Shown: piece by piece, positions 12,168 through 25,175 of the stretch
Layout: every line of letters starts with the position of its first letter
How positions within the stretch are numbered: the stretch's first letter is position 1
Source: Hydrolagus colliei
Taxonomy: Eukaryota
NCBI GenBank assembly: GCA_035084275.1
Contig: CM068757.1
Location: 7,812,001 to 7,876,000, forward strand
Reading direction: 5' to 3'
Length of the DNA stretch: 64,000 bases
The notes under the pieces: model-generated
Database searches by the model: none
What the model was told of the DNA's origin: nothing
The model's input: the letters and a program-made list of their open reading frames with translations, nothing else
Position numbers and translations under genes: made by a program

Positions 12168-15100
12168 ATGACTTTGATTTGATCTGCTTTTTTTGTATAT
12201 TCAGTGGACCTTATGAAAGGTTTAATTTTTTTTTACAAGCAATTAAGATTAGAACAGTAAATCCCAGTATAGCAACTGACACTATTATAGGCTCCAAGGG
12301 TCGGGTGGCCTCTTTCATGCTGTAAATTCAATGATTCCATAGGCACAAACAATACATATAATTAACTGTTTCAACAATATTAGCCAAAAATGACATGCAG
12401 TTATTTTGATCGTGCAGTAAAGAAAGAATATATATATATATTTTAAAAATCATCGCTTTTGATATAGTGTCTTTAACATCAGAAGCAGGTCTCAAAGTGA
12501 AACCACAGGACTTATTGCAAAGCGCAGTGACTGTGCATTTTGTGGGCAAAGAAGGTACACAGACAAAATAATGTCAGATGAGGAATGAATGTGTCCGTTT
12601 TGGACAGGTAAAGTGCATCTGCCGTATTTTTAATCACTGCTTACTTAGAGCTGCTTTCATTTGGAGGTGCAAATTGCATCCAGACCCACATCTCCAGGGT
12701 CACATCACAAGGGAAAATCAAACCACTTCATGAGCTAATAAATAAGACAAAAATGTATTCTTGTGCCAAGAAAATTCTGCCGTGCCTTTACATAATCTAC
12801 CAATACAAATATGAAAACATCTTTCCCTGCAATGTTGCAATGATTTTTGTTTGAAAAACCAGTACCAGAGTAGCCAGCTGGTAGCTCTGCTTCCTATTAC
12901 AGTACTGTGTCCAAACTCCCCAAATGAACTCTAAACACACCTAAATATTGCTCACCGTATCTGGATTATTGAAGGCATGACACCCAGAACAAGAACACAC
13001 AAATGCTCATTGGTGTATTGTGTGCAAGGAGTCATTTTACAAGACCGAGCTAGTCAATAAAGTTGTAACAAATTACTTGATGCAAAACAAATGTCTCAAA
13101 GCTTTAAGGATTGAAATGAATTAAAATGAAATGAATATCATTATCTGTTGCCTACGATTTACAAAGTCTTTCTTTCTGGAGCAAGTCTTTCGCTTACTAA
13201 GGATTCCATGCAACAAGTACAATTTGTATTAATAGGTTTGTACTGTCAAGAACCATTTATCCATCATTAACTCCAATCAGTAAGGTATGCATTTTAACTG
13301 ATCTGTTTCTTGTCCATCTCACTTCAAAGAAGAAAACTGGCTCCAAAGTTTTTGTCAAATAATAAAGCGATGATGTGACATGCCTGAGGAAGATGTACAC
13401 TGTACATTCCACTGAAAACCTCAAAATCCAACTTTTTTATTTCACTTTTTAAAAATTAAAATAAAACTATAGTAGTTATTTTCAAAAAAATCACATCCTC
13501 CTGATGTGAAAGACCCGATCTTAGCTGCCGTTGGTGTTATTGGAAGCTTTATATAAGCAGAAGACACAGATGATTTGGTTGCGTTCCCAATTATTTACAT
13601 TTACTTTTCAGAAAATATTCACTGCTGGGTGTAGTCAATCCCAACCCTAACATTCTTCCTCCTTTCCACTTCTGATCCCGAATTACTTTACTCAGTAACC
13701 ATATTACGCAATTATAATAATAATCCTTACATTTGATATGGCGACTGATCATGTTGTTGAGACTTCTCAAAGAGCTTCACAGGATTTACTATAAAAATGG
13801 CACAAAATTAGAATAATAATCTGTGCAATGATAATAGAACCATTCATGTCAGGAGGACACAGGATTTACTGTGAGGTGTAGTGACTGATCAATGAATTTG
13901 AGCAAAGCATTCAAACTTGTAGGAGATTTCACACTTTAGAAAATTTTCCAAACAAATAATGTACCAATCACTTTGGTCCAGCATTCACTTCACGACTGTT
14001 TGTGAGATGTTCCTATGTGCAAATTGGCTGCCACAGTCTCTTGTACAAAACACAGCCACTACACTATACAGTAAAACTTGTGAAGCACTTTCATACATCC
14101 TCCTAATATGAAAGATGCTATATCAAATGCAAGGATTATTATTCTTATTGTGCAATATGAATGCTGAGAAAAGTATTTTTAAACTTACTTTACTCAGCAA
14201 TTACACTGCACAATTATGATAGTACAGAGTTTTCTTCTACAATCCCCACTTCAGCTTGAACTAATACTTGTGAAATGTGGAACTCTAGTTGGATGTTTGT
14301 TGGAGTGCTTGGAATGCATCAACACTGTTGCTGAAGCTTTTATCAGGATGAATGCGATGCCCTCGTGGGATTAACGTTTCTGGGTTTCTGCTCTGAGGCA
14401 CCTGCTAAATGTGTTTACTGTTTGGACATTACAGTGAGTCGCATTTGATAGAATTGTGTTTCAAAGAGCGATTTTTCTATTAAAACCAAATGATCTATTT
14501 CCAGCCATCTGCTGGTGGCTATTGTTTTGGATTGGTTTTCATCAAATTCAGAATCTACAAAAGAGAAGAAATGCCAGGAAATATTATCATTGCAATCTTC
14601 AAATAACTTTAAAATTAATATTTTTTTCAAGGGAAATACACACACAGAACTCACACAGAGAAACAAATTCTGACTATTTTTGATCTTGTTGTTTCCAGAG
14701 AAGACTTTTAATCCAACCGTTATCTTGTAGATGGAAGTTTATAAATAAATATAGAGCAAAACTGTCATTATGTTGTTAAATTCTGGCATCAGCATTTTAA
14801 CATGAATATTAGTCTTAAGCAGCCAAGACCTGTTCTTTGCATTGCTCCTGTTATATTAATTGAATTGCTCTGAACATTTCCCAGCTGTTTCTTGTTGGGG
14901 ATCAGAGAATTCTGTATTCACCTCTCTCTCGGCCTGTTGCCAGCACAGGTCATGTGTGTGTATAAAAAAAACTGTAAGGATTTCAAAAGGAACTGAACAA
15001 TTACTTGTCAATTAAAAGGATTCAAGGTTCTTAGATTTAAAGATAGAAGGAATCTTGTGGGAATTTGGATGGCCTGCCGCTGCCTGAAGTTGCTGCTCAT

Positions 15101-16059
15101 GTTATTAACATTTAACAAGGAAGACGTTTGGGTTGAACTGAATGAGGCAAACTCTTCAGAATACAGTGTGATTCACTTCAGTGGCTAATTTATTGCAATG
15201 CAATTAAATAATCATTACTGCTTGAGTTCAAATGGCTTGAACCAAAGAATACTGGGCCTGGGCAAGAAAAATTAACTTCTCTTTTGCATGCTGATCTACT
15301 TGTTATGCATTTCCTGCTTCGTCACAGATTCAAAGGTTTGTATGGGTTTTTTTTGTTGCATTTCTGTGGTTTTGTGGACCTCTCTGCATTTCTCCCCTTC
15401 TCTCCGCACGTCACAGGAATAATCTTGAACACGATTCCCAAATCCTAATCAATCGAGAACTGTCTAATCAGCAATCGCTCAAGGGCAAATACGCACCCAC
15501 AGTTGGCGCGGTTTATAATTAGATCCCTGGTATTCGAAGGTACAGTTTATAAAGGTAATCAGGTGCTGTTAAATTTTATAGAATGATGTGCAAACTGTTT
15601 AGGTTTGGCAGAGAACTTCTGGCTTCTGTCTTAAGTCACGGTGCAGAAAAGTCCGCACGTGCAGGAGAACTATGTGCAATTTGCATGCCAACACTTGGCT
15701 TGTCCCCTGGGAGCAAACCCACATCTGCTTCCAGGTGTTGGATCTCTAGAGATGGTCGTGTGACAGGATGCAATCTGCTTCCTCGCATTTCACAGGCAGG
15801 GGTTTGGATGACTGCCCAGACTGTGCTTTTTAGCTGAGAGGATTGAAATCATCAAATCGTTGGTGTTACGGGGGGGGATTGCAATTGGTTGGGAGAGCTT
15901 TGCAGAAGGTTGCACTGTGCAAGCTCGCAGGCAAGTTTCCACTGTCCAGCAGAACTTGGCCCCCTATGACGAAACAGATGATAAATAAATTGAGGTGAAG
16001 GAATCATACCTGTGGTTTGTGATCCTCCGCTGAGCTGGGAACCCGTACCCTGATGCCTG

Positions 16060-16230
16060 AGTGGTAAATGGTATGAGAGTGGCTTGTGTAAACCAGGGAA
16101 CCCAGTGAACTATGTTAACTGACCTCAGCTTGGCTGGTAGCGAAGGTGCTACATCTATGGAATAAAGAGGAAAGGAAACAACCAGGGTTCCTGACCTTGA
16201 TTGCTAACTATTGATCATGGCTGGGAATTT
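16060..16230 (+). mobile_element. Old AmnSINE2-like fragment
   Basis: GTTAACTGACCTCAGC..GGTGCTACA..AACCAGGGTTCCTG..TGATTGCTA resembles my recollection of the AmnSINE2-type core. A reversed relative lies at ~63290-63540. Confidence 0.4.
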
Positions 16231-16802
16231 GAAGAGGATTTCACCTCATCTCAACAAGCCCTCTCTATAAGAAGGTGGATTGGCAGAAAGCCCAAATAGG
16301 AAGGAGTCGAACTGGAACAAATCAACTAAAACCTCATCAAAATAAAGTCAAGATGTAAAAGATTTTAAATGGAATAATCTAAAGAGCAGGGACGCTCACG
16401 GTGAATTTGGTTGAACAATTCCATGACGTTTGATATATAAACATGGCAGGTGGGCTTTGCCTCTTATAAGACCAAATGTTTTCTGTGCAGTGATTATCCT
16501 GGAATGCAGTTTTGGAAGTGAGAATTTTATGACTTTCAAGCTAGGAATTCCTGACTGCTTTTTGGGTCATAAAATTGACTCCAGTACCCAGTCAGGTAAA
16601 GAGCTTATTATATTTCTCTGGACTGAATCTGGGCTCTGTGACTTCAGCAGTCTGGAGCAGTAGGGCATTTTTGCTTTAAGATTTGCTGAACCCAGAAAGC
16701 TCTGTATGAAAGAGGACTGGTGAATGGTAATGGGTTCTGACAGACGTAGTGTGGCTTAATTTAACACATCCTTCAGTTGATTTACTTGTCAGTCTGTCTC
16801 CC

Positions 16803-17405
16803 TTGCCAGTACTCTCACCTCTGGGTTGGAAGGTTGCACAAAGCGACTTGAGCTCTTAGTTTAGGCTGACGCACCAGTGCAGCCGCTGAGCCCTGTAAAA
16901 CTCAGGGTTACACTGAATAGTTCGGATGAGATGATAAATTGAGCATCCGTCTGCCTGCCCTCAGATGAGCCTTCAAGTTCTCTTGACCTTATTCAAAGAG
17001 CCATGTCTCATGGTGTCCCTATCAATTGCTCATTCACTTTGTGGTGAGTGCTGTCGCATGTTGTTATTCGGTTGTTAGTTAATTGACGGATCGCTTTCCA
17101 GAGTCAATAATCCCTCCAAAACAAAGATTGCTTAACTCAATCCACAAGTGTTGCGGGACTCTGCTGTGTGCAATTGGCTGCCGCGTTTTGCCCACAAAAT
17201 ACACAGTTCATTCCCGTTACAATATATTCTGTGAAGCTCTTTCAGACGTCTCAACGACATGGATAAGGCGCTACATCAAATGCAAGGATTATTACTATTA
17301 TATTTCTTGCCGAGTTTCCCCCCAGTCAGACACTGCACTTCACACAAAGTGCTTGCGAAGTGCTTTAAAATGCTTTATCGTGATAAGAAGCTATAAAATG
17401 CAATT
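16803..17405 (+). mobile_element. Family A (SacSINE1-like) Deu SINE interrupted by a family B SINE fragment (~17065-17302)
   Basis: Head GTACTCTCACCTCTG..GACTTGAGC..AGGCTGAC..CCAGTGCAG; Deu core broken near 17060 and resumed near 17303; two separate tails. Confidence 0.7.
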
Positions 17406-18529
17406 TATTTTCTTTTATTTCTTCCTGTCAAGCAAGTGCCATTAATAAAAAGGTGCCTCTGTCTGTGGATGTTTCCTTGCGATCTAGCTTTAGTGGGAAT
17501 GAATTACTGGTTTTAAATGAGCTGAAGAGACTCAGTCCAAATGTATCTGGCGATCAGGAGGGTGGCAGTTCACTGGTAACAGAACCATATGTTTTCCCGA
17601 TCACCCTCTGACCTCAGCGCAAATTAATTACAGCTGGAGAAATAAGACCAGTAGATTCCAAAATGGATAGATGCGGGGAGACTTGTGTGTGATACATTAA
17701 TAAGATTCGCAGATCAAAGCATATTTCACATTCTGTTTGACCTCAAGACTAACATGAGACAGATACTTTATATCAATCAGTGCATGAAGTAATCATAACC
17801 ATCAGTGAACGAAGGCAGTGGGTTCGATCTAATTAGATTTTAATTACACTGGCTGAATTTTATAGCACTTAAGATCTAGAGATCGTGACCCAGTTACCTT
17901 GCAATGCACGTACCCTTGTTACAGCCCCTGATTTTGCATTTATGTGGAATGTAAAATAAACGTATCGACAAGGAGAATCAGAACTGGCTTCTAGCAGCAA
18001 AGACCCTTTCCATTATTCACTGAGCGGCAGAATCACTTATTCATTATTCAACAATGAATTTATGATACAACGGTTTGTTTTATTGTGAGCTCTGAGCCTT
18101 AAATATTTCTCTGGTTATTATTTTTTCTATTAATAACCATATTCTTTGCATTTGATGTAGCATCATATCACGTTATCACTCAAAGTTCTTCAAAGGCTTT
18201 ACCGCAAAGTGTGTTGCTTTGACATCCACCTGACATGAAAAATGCTAAGAAAATGGAAATTGCATTGTGTTGCAGTCATTGTGTATTTGTAAGTGGAGCT
18301 GGCAGCAAGGCAAAGTTCCACAAACAGCCGTGAAGTGAATGCCTAATTTCACCTGGAGCTTGAGGTATCTACTCTGGTCCCATTCTCATGTATTTCCCCA
18401 TAGATTTAAAATCAATGAAATGTTGAATCTTGAGCAAAGTGGCCCACGCTCGGAGACGCCTCCCATTCACAGAGGGCTGAGAAAGTTAAATGGATTGACA
18501 CGGGGACCAAGGACTGCAGCAAAGGGATG

Positions 18530-19134
18530 ATTTTCATATCTGGAAGTCAGAAATTGATAGACTGTGGAACGTAAGGAACTCTTTAGAGGCCAATAGAAAT
18601 AATATTGGCAAGAACTCAACCCAGAGGCAAGGAGATATTGTAATGAGTAGGAATTTAGCAATTATTGTAGAGTTCAAATTAAAAGGGCACAAGAGGAATA
18701 GATGTAAAAACTGGTAAACGCAACAATTCGTGAAAAGTCTGAAGACTCCAATGTGGTCTAGAATGCATTGCTGCTAGAAGCAGATTTGATAATAGCTATC
18801 ACAAGGGAGTTAGATAGGTACTTAAAATGGAAAACAAAATTGCTGGGCTATGGGCTAAGAGCAGAACAGTGGGAACAGTTGTTAACTCTTTCAAAGAGCC
18901 GGCACAGGCACGATGGGCTTAATCATAGAATCATAGAATCATAGAATTTTACGGCACAAAAGGAGGCCATTCGGCCCATCTAGTCTGTGCCGGCTCTTTG
19001 AAAAGAGCGATTCAATCCCACTGCCCTGCCCGCTCCCCATAGCCTAATAGACCCGTTCTCCCTAAATAAAGATCTAATTCCCTTTTAAAAGTTGTTAATG
19101 TCCTCCTTCTGTGCTGTAAAATTCTATGATTCTA
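18530..19134 (+). mobile_element. CR1 3' end (+) carrying an antisense CR1 3' fragment at 18924-19094
   Basis: ATTCTATG-type tails on both strands; GAGCCGGCACAG present in both orientations; TTAAT at both junctions. Confidence 0.8.
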
Positions 19135-19865
19135 AAAGAAACTTCAGAAATAATTTACTTACAGTAGCATTAACGAGCATTAAAAAGTCTCACTATCGGG
19201 AACGGTGTCAAATTTTACAGCCAAAAGTTATGATTAATCAGTGCACTCTAGTGTGTCTTTTGACTATTAGTAACTATTGCCCAGGCTGAGTTATTGATCC
19301 TGAATAGTTGAGGGATTTAGCTTGCACTGTTGAATCTGAAGTATCCTAGATTAGTGACTATCTACTGTTTATCTCCTCATGTTACTGAGTTCTAATCGAA
19401 TTTCTCCTGGTGATGTAGCTGCAACTCGTTCGCTCACAATAAATAGAAAAACGACTATCATTTGTCTTATCTTAACTACTAAACACAAAGGAGAGGAACG
19501 CTCTTTCGCTCTCTATGATGTGTTGGGAGAGGTATTAAACCTGGTGCATTACTTGGAAACATCAGCTATCTGCTTGTGGGTGAATTATTACGCACTGTCA
19601 CCTATACAAAAACATGTGTCGGAAATCTGGATAGGATAAGAGTTCAGTTTTCCCATTGCTTGAACAAGAGTGAAGTTAATGTTTCAAATACCATCATCCA
19701 CTATTAAAAGTGAAAGATGAAGCCAGAGGTACACTACAGTTTCTCATAGATCTGTATAACAGAGTTTTCTTTATTTACTTTATTCTTTGCACGGGGCTTA
19801 ATTAGCAAAGCAGTTATTTGAGGCTGTGTGAGTTATTATGCCATGAGCAACGCACATAACACATT

Positions 19866-19884
19866 GGTGCGCCCTCTCGTGGTG
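19866..19884 (-). promoter_or_regulatory. CTCF motif (reverse)
   Basis: Minus strand reads CACCACGAGAGGGCGCACC, close to core CCACNAGRKGGCRS. Confidence 0.6.
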
Positions 19885-21469
19885 TTTTCTCATCTCGCTC
19901 CTATTAAGACAAAGCAATGTAGGGATCTCTCGGCATCCCACAAACGGGGGTCAATCTTGTGTATCTCTTTAAACACGTGTTTCTTAACCAAGAAATATTA
20001 ATAACAATAATGATACTTGCATTTAATGTAGGGCCTTGTAACATCATTAAATTATCAAATGAAATGTGTTAAATGGTTACATTTGATTATTATTTCTGGC
20101 CTTATCACGCCATTAAATTATTTAAATAAATGCACTAAGAATTAGCACAAGATCTTCCAAGGAACACATGCCAAGTCCTCCTTTAGGACGGCAATTTCCC
20201 CTGTATAAGAAAAAACACTTGACTGCTCTGGGTCGTGAACAGATCCTGTTATTGTGATTCAAATTAAGAGATTGGGATAAATCTTGCATATCCCATTGAA
20301 TTGAACTGTGGCTTTTATCAATGTACAAGGACTAGTTCAAAGTCTGACAGACATTACAGAAGGTGGAATGCATTTGTTTAATCTATTGCCATTATCCTAT
20401 TTTGTTTCCTGTTGGTTGCAATCACTAAGGGCAGTGAATCGACTCACTCAGTTCCTGTTAGCGCTGTAAGACAAAGTCCTAATCAGTAGGGTGGTCCAAG
20501 CTGGACAAGCAGCAGGAAGGCTTTGGTAGACAGTGCTAACAACAACTTGTATTCGCATAGCACTCCGGAGCATTTCAATGGCAAGCTATACAATTTTAGC
20601 TGCAATACCCCAACACGCACTCTGGAATTCCCTTTGCTCTCCCAGCTCTTTAAGAATGGTATGACTACACCAATGAAATATGCCCAATACTGCCAGGATG
20701 TTGGGGGCAATATGGATCAGACAAATGACTTGATTTCCCCTCCCTCCTCTGCCAGTGTTGATGAAAAGCTATAATTTTTTTTGCAATACGTGGTATGTTG
20801 TCCCCTTAGAAAGCTATTGTTCGCATCACGTTTTGGTCAGTTTCAATGAAAAGCATGTGCGTTTCCTGCAGATTGGCTTTGTATGCGAGGGCCCCCCTCT
20901 GAATCAGCTGTATCCATGGTATTGCAGTCTGGGTGAGTTGCAAGACTTTAATGGCATTTGCAAACATGCTTTCAAGTTACGGTGTTTGTCTGTGGCGAAG
21001 CTGGAGTGGACCCCACAAAAATACCCCAGTGTTTTATTAAAGATTCGAGTCCCTAATAAACCCTTATAAATAGGAATAAAGTGCTTTATTTATGAGGTTT
21101 ATGTAAAAGTTGCAATATCCTTTGTGCTTGTTTTTCTTTCAAAAAACAAAGTGCAATAAAATGACACAGCCTCGTTGGAATGTCTGTATTTATTTTATCC
21201 TCATCGTTTTAAATGTTACATTTTACTGCAGTTACAGTATCTGTCTCCCACGGTCTTGCTTTCACTGCTGATGTTTTGATGTCTGCTTCTAAACGAAATT
21301 AATTGACCGTTTCTGAAGTCCGCTCTGGTAAGGAATGTTTCATAAGTGCTGACACTGCAGGGCTGCCGGGCCACATCACAAAGCATGGCACTACATCCCG
21401 CAGGTAAGTCAAGCGCTTCTCTCATTATTTCCTATTTTAATATTTATCCGCTCAATTTGTACAGATCCT

Positions 21470-21722
21470 TAGCATGTCGTTGATGGGACCTCGGTTTAAC
21501 GTCACATCCAAAGGACGGCACACTCGTCACTGCTGTGCACAATTGGCTGCTGTGTTTTGCCTGCAAAATACACAGTCACTACACCTAACAGTGTATTCTG
21601 TGAAGCGCTTTGAGACGAACATCTTGAAGACACGATAAGATGCTATATGAAATGCAAGGTTTATTATTATTATTATTATTATTGCAGCATACACTCAGCA
21701 CTGGGCTGGAGGGTCAGCCTAG
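21470..21722 (-). mobile_element. Family A SINE head (-) interrupted by a + strand SINE tail (~21527-21682)
   Basis: GGACCTCGGTTTAACGTCACATCCAAAGGACGGCAC resumes as CTCAGCACTGGGCTGGAGGGTCAGCCTAGA after an oppositely oriented Deu tail ending (TTA)n. Confidence 0.7.
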
Positions 21723-22074
21723 ACAGCCAACACAAATTCCCAACAGGAAATCTATTATAGATCAAACTCTTCTCCACGAGCCAACTGAAAAGGCAATAAA
21801 GGGTTGATTATGTCAATCAACATGTGAAAGCTGTGCAAACAACTAAACTTTATAAAATAATGGCAGAGTCTTTCCATGATTAATTGCCCCGCTAACTCAA
21901 TGGATTCACTAGTGCCAGCAATTCATAAATGTTATTGCTTTTCAATGTTGAACAGTTTTCACATTGAGAAGTAAAGTATGAAATGCAAACAATATGGGAT
22001 GGGATAGTATCTCTGCAAAAGGACTACTGCCAAACCTTACAGCTTCCATCTCTCCATTCTGCGCTGTCATGTGG

Positions 22075-22405
22075 AATAATAATCCTTGCTTTAAATATAG
22101 CACTTTATCACGCTGTTGGGATGCCTCAAAGCGGTTTTCAAAGTGAATTTACTGTAAAGTGAATTTTTGTATTTTTGGTGGGTGAAACAAACTGAGTGAT
22201 TAGATACATTATTATTTTAAGATTTTTTTTCAAAGGATTAATACCCCTGGAAAAATGATTTGCCAATTGACTAACAACCAGGTTCCTACTTAGTAGGTAA
22301 ACAGAGGCGTGTCGATTAAGAAAACTTGCTTAAGATTTGCCCCTGCCTGAAAATCAAACCTGGGTCCTCTTGCTACTGATAGGAGTGTGCAAACCACTAT
22401 GGTAT
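22075..22405 (-). mobile_element. Family B tRNA-derived SINE
   Basis: Head similar to those at 25080-25175 and 52277-52370; shared ..AGCAAGGATTATTATT tail. Confidence 0.7.
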
Positions 22406-22602
22406 GGAATTCTACAAATAGTGCAACAGTACTGTTTCATACCCTGTGCAATACTTTGGGTTCCAAGGGCTGTGTTTGAGCCAAGCATGGGGGAGGGGCA
22501 GGGTAGGGGAGGTGGGAGGGAGAGAAATGGGAAGGCGGCAGGAAGGCAGGATCAAAAAGGAGAAAAAACAGAACTTTTTACATTCTTTTGTAAGTTACAT
22601 AA

Positions 22603-23092
22603 TTATAATCCTTGCATTTGATATAGCGCTTTTCACATTTTTTAGACGTCTCAAAGTGCTCCACAGATCATATTGTAAAGTGAATTGGCTGTATAGTTTG
22701 TGGGCCAAACCCAAAATATACATTTGGATCAAAGTAGAAGGAAGCCAATTAAAGGATCTTACATTGCAAATGGGTATTGTAATTTTATCCTTGACAGAAG
22801 CTACAACTCACTTGGCCAATTTATACACAGCAACTTCCCACAAACTGGTAGGAGGAAATGTCCAATTGATTTAGAGGATTGTTGACCAGGTCAATGGAAG
22901 AAAGATCTGTCTCTTTTTAAATTGTACCATGAGATTTTTAGCGTCCACTTGAACAGACAGATAAGACCTTGGTTTATCCTATCCAAAAAAGCGTCCCCAG
23001 CACTGTATTGGAGTGTCAGTTTAACTCCCACGATATGAGGTTTGAAACCACAATTAATGAGGACCCAGAAGAGAGTGCTACTGACCGAGTCA
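22603..23092 (-). mobile_element. Near full-length family A Deu-domain SINE
   Basis: Minus strand: tRNA-like head TCGGTCAGTAGCACTCTC, ACACTCCAATACAGTGCTGGG, Deu core, tail GCGCTATATCAAATGCAAGGATTAT. Confidence 0.75.
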
Positions 23093-23311
23093 GGCTAACA
23101 TCAATGTTTGTGCAATTGAGGAGAATTAAAGAGAGAAAATGTGTTGACCAGAATGATCTGGAGGCTTTGTGAATAAATCTTTGTGAACTAAAATTATTTG
23201 CACTGATAAAGTTCAAATTCTATTTTGTGTCAATAGATTAGAACTAAGTCTCATTTACCATGTTATCTGTGTATTTTGTTGCTTCGGATGCATCAGTAGT
23301 AATGCTGTGAC

Positions 23312-23325
23312 CCACAAGAGGGCAG
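23312..23325 (+). promoter_or_regulatory. CTCF motif (forward)
   Basis: CCACAAGAGGGCAG matches the CTCF core. Confidence 0.5.
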
Positions 23326-24848
23326 AAAGCAGCTGTATCACTGAAGCTCAGTGCTGTGAGTGGGAACTTTCTGCTGTTTCAGTTGGCTTCAGAGCCACAA
23401 TGATTCGACAGTGGTGGGAGTTTGATACTATGCATATTTTCATAGCACCTTATCTTGCAAAAATGTCTCAAAGTATTTTTCACTGAGATCCTGTCGATTT
23501 TGTAAGCAAATTCAGCAGGTATTTAAAGCCATTAAATTTCCACAGGTTATTGTGGAAGATTGTTGGCCAGGACACAAGGAGAAACTTTCCTTTCTCTTTT
23601 CAAATACTGTCATGGGTTCTTTAATATACATCTCATCTGAAGGATGGCACCTCAACAACACAATGTTTCCCATCACTGTTATGGAGTTCCTGCCAAGATG
23701 CCATACTCACAGCCCAAAGTCTTATTTGTAATGTAAGAATCACCTATCTAGCCACAAGAAGATTTTCCCACTCCAATAAAAAAAAATATTTAAAGATGTC
23801 TTTTCCCTAGTAAAGCAGGTGATTTCTGGGGTGGGGGATAGAAAAAGATTTTAAACAGGCAATTTAAAAATATGTCTGCCGGAGAGTGACGGGACTCGCT
23901 CATAGCACTTACAGTACTTGGAAGTCAGGAGTGAGTTAAATCTTGTCACTTGGAGAGAGTATCTGAGGGATGGTTTAAGAGACATTTAAACTGGTACCAC
24001 CTTTCATTGGAGAAATTGCTGAGCTGTCATGTCTCCTCATAGGAATGAAGGATTTTGATCAGCAAATCTCTCAGGCAAATTCACTCGTGCCTGTTGCTTA
24101 TGCCAGTCAGTATTAACAGAGCTTAATGGGGAAGCCAGGTCTGGAAAAGATGGGGAGAATTTCCTTTTTAAATATTTTTTATTTTTTGCCTTTGACATTA
24201 TTCTAATGCCGTTCTTTTAACTTTACAATCCTCTCGCAGTCAACAACTTGATCGCTGAATAGCAATGAGGCTCTTAGAAATACCCTTAGTAATTTGAATG
24301 AAATGACTTTGGATTCAGGTAGTTAAAGCATAATATAATTCAGTCTCAAATTATTGCTGAACATCAATAGCAACGCTTTCTGCGAGGCTGCACCCAAGCT
24401 CTTTCCAGAAGGCAGTTGCCTGGATCAGAAAGGTTGAAAATTCTTCATACCTTTCAGCTGCTATAAAAATGCATGAACCAGCGGGAGCCACTTCACATCC
24501 CACCTATAATTTCACACAACATTATTCACATCATCAAGAATCGTTCACAAATCACCAAGCACTTCACAGTGACTGCGAGGAATGGAAACTATCAGAAACC
24601 AAGAGGCCATCCATAATTGTCATTATTTTCACAAAGATCCAATGAGAACTCTTTGACTTTCTATCTCCCTTCAATGATACTGTAAAATCGATGATTATTT
24701 TTGTATGAATCGCTGCGTCTCTGAAGCGTTAACCCTGCTTCTCCTCCAGAGCTCTGCCTGTTACTCCGGTGAAACTACCGACATTTATAAACTAATTCTA
24801 ACTCTGTTTGACATGTAACAAGTTCCCGTACAGCATCCGCAGTTAGAC

Positions 24849-25175
24849 AATAATAATAAGCATTGTCTTTGATATAGCGCTTATCACTCCATTGAGATGC
24901 CTCGAAGCACTTCACAGAATATACTGTAAAATTCTGGGGGCAAATTGTGCACAGCAGCATCTCACAAACAGTTGACAATAATTTTTTTTGAGGGATTATT
25001 ATCCCTGGAGAGCAATCTACCAATCGAATAACAACTGGATTCCTACCTTCCTACTTGCTACTAGGTAAACAGAGGAGTCCGGATGAAGGATACTTGCCTA
25101 AGGTTTTGCCAGGCCCAGGAATCAAAACCGGATCCTTTTGCTTGCGAGATGAGTACTCTAACCAACATGTTACAA
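24849..25175 (-). mobile_element. Full-length family B tRNA-derived SINE
   Basis: Minus strand: A-box-like TGGTTAGAGTACTC, B-box-like GGTTTTGATTCC, body, partial Deu core, tail with (TAT)n. Confidence 0.8.
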
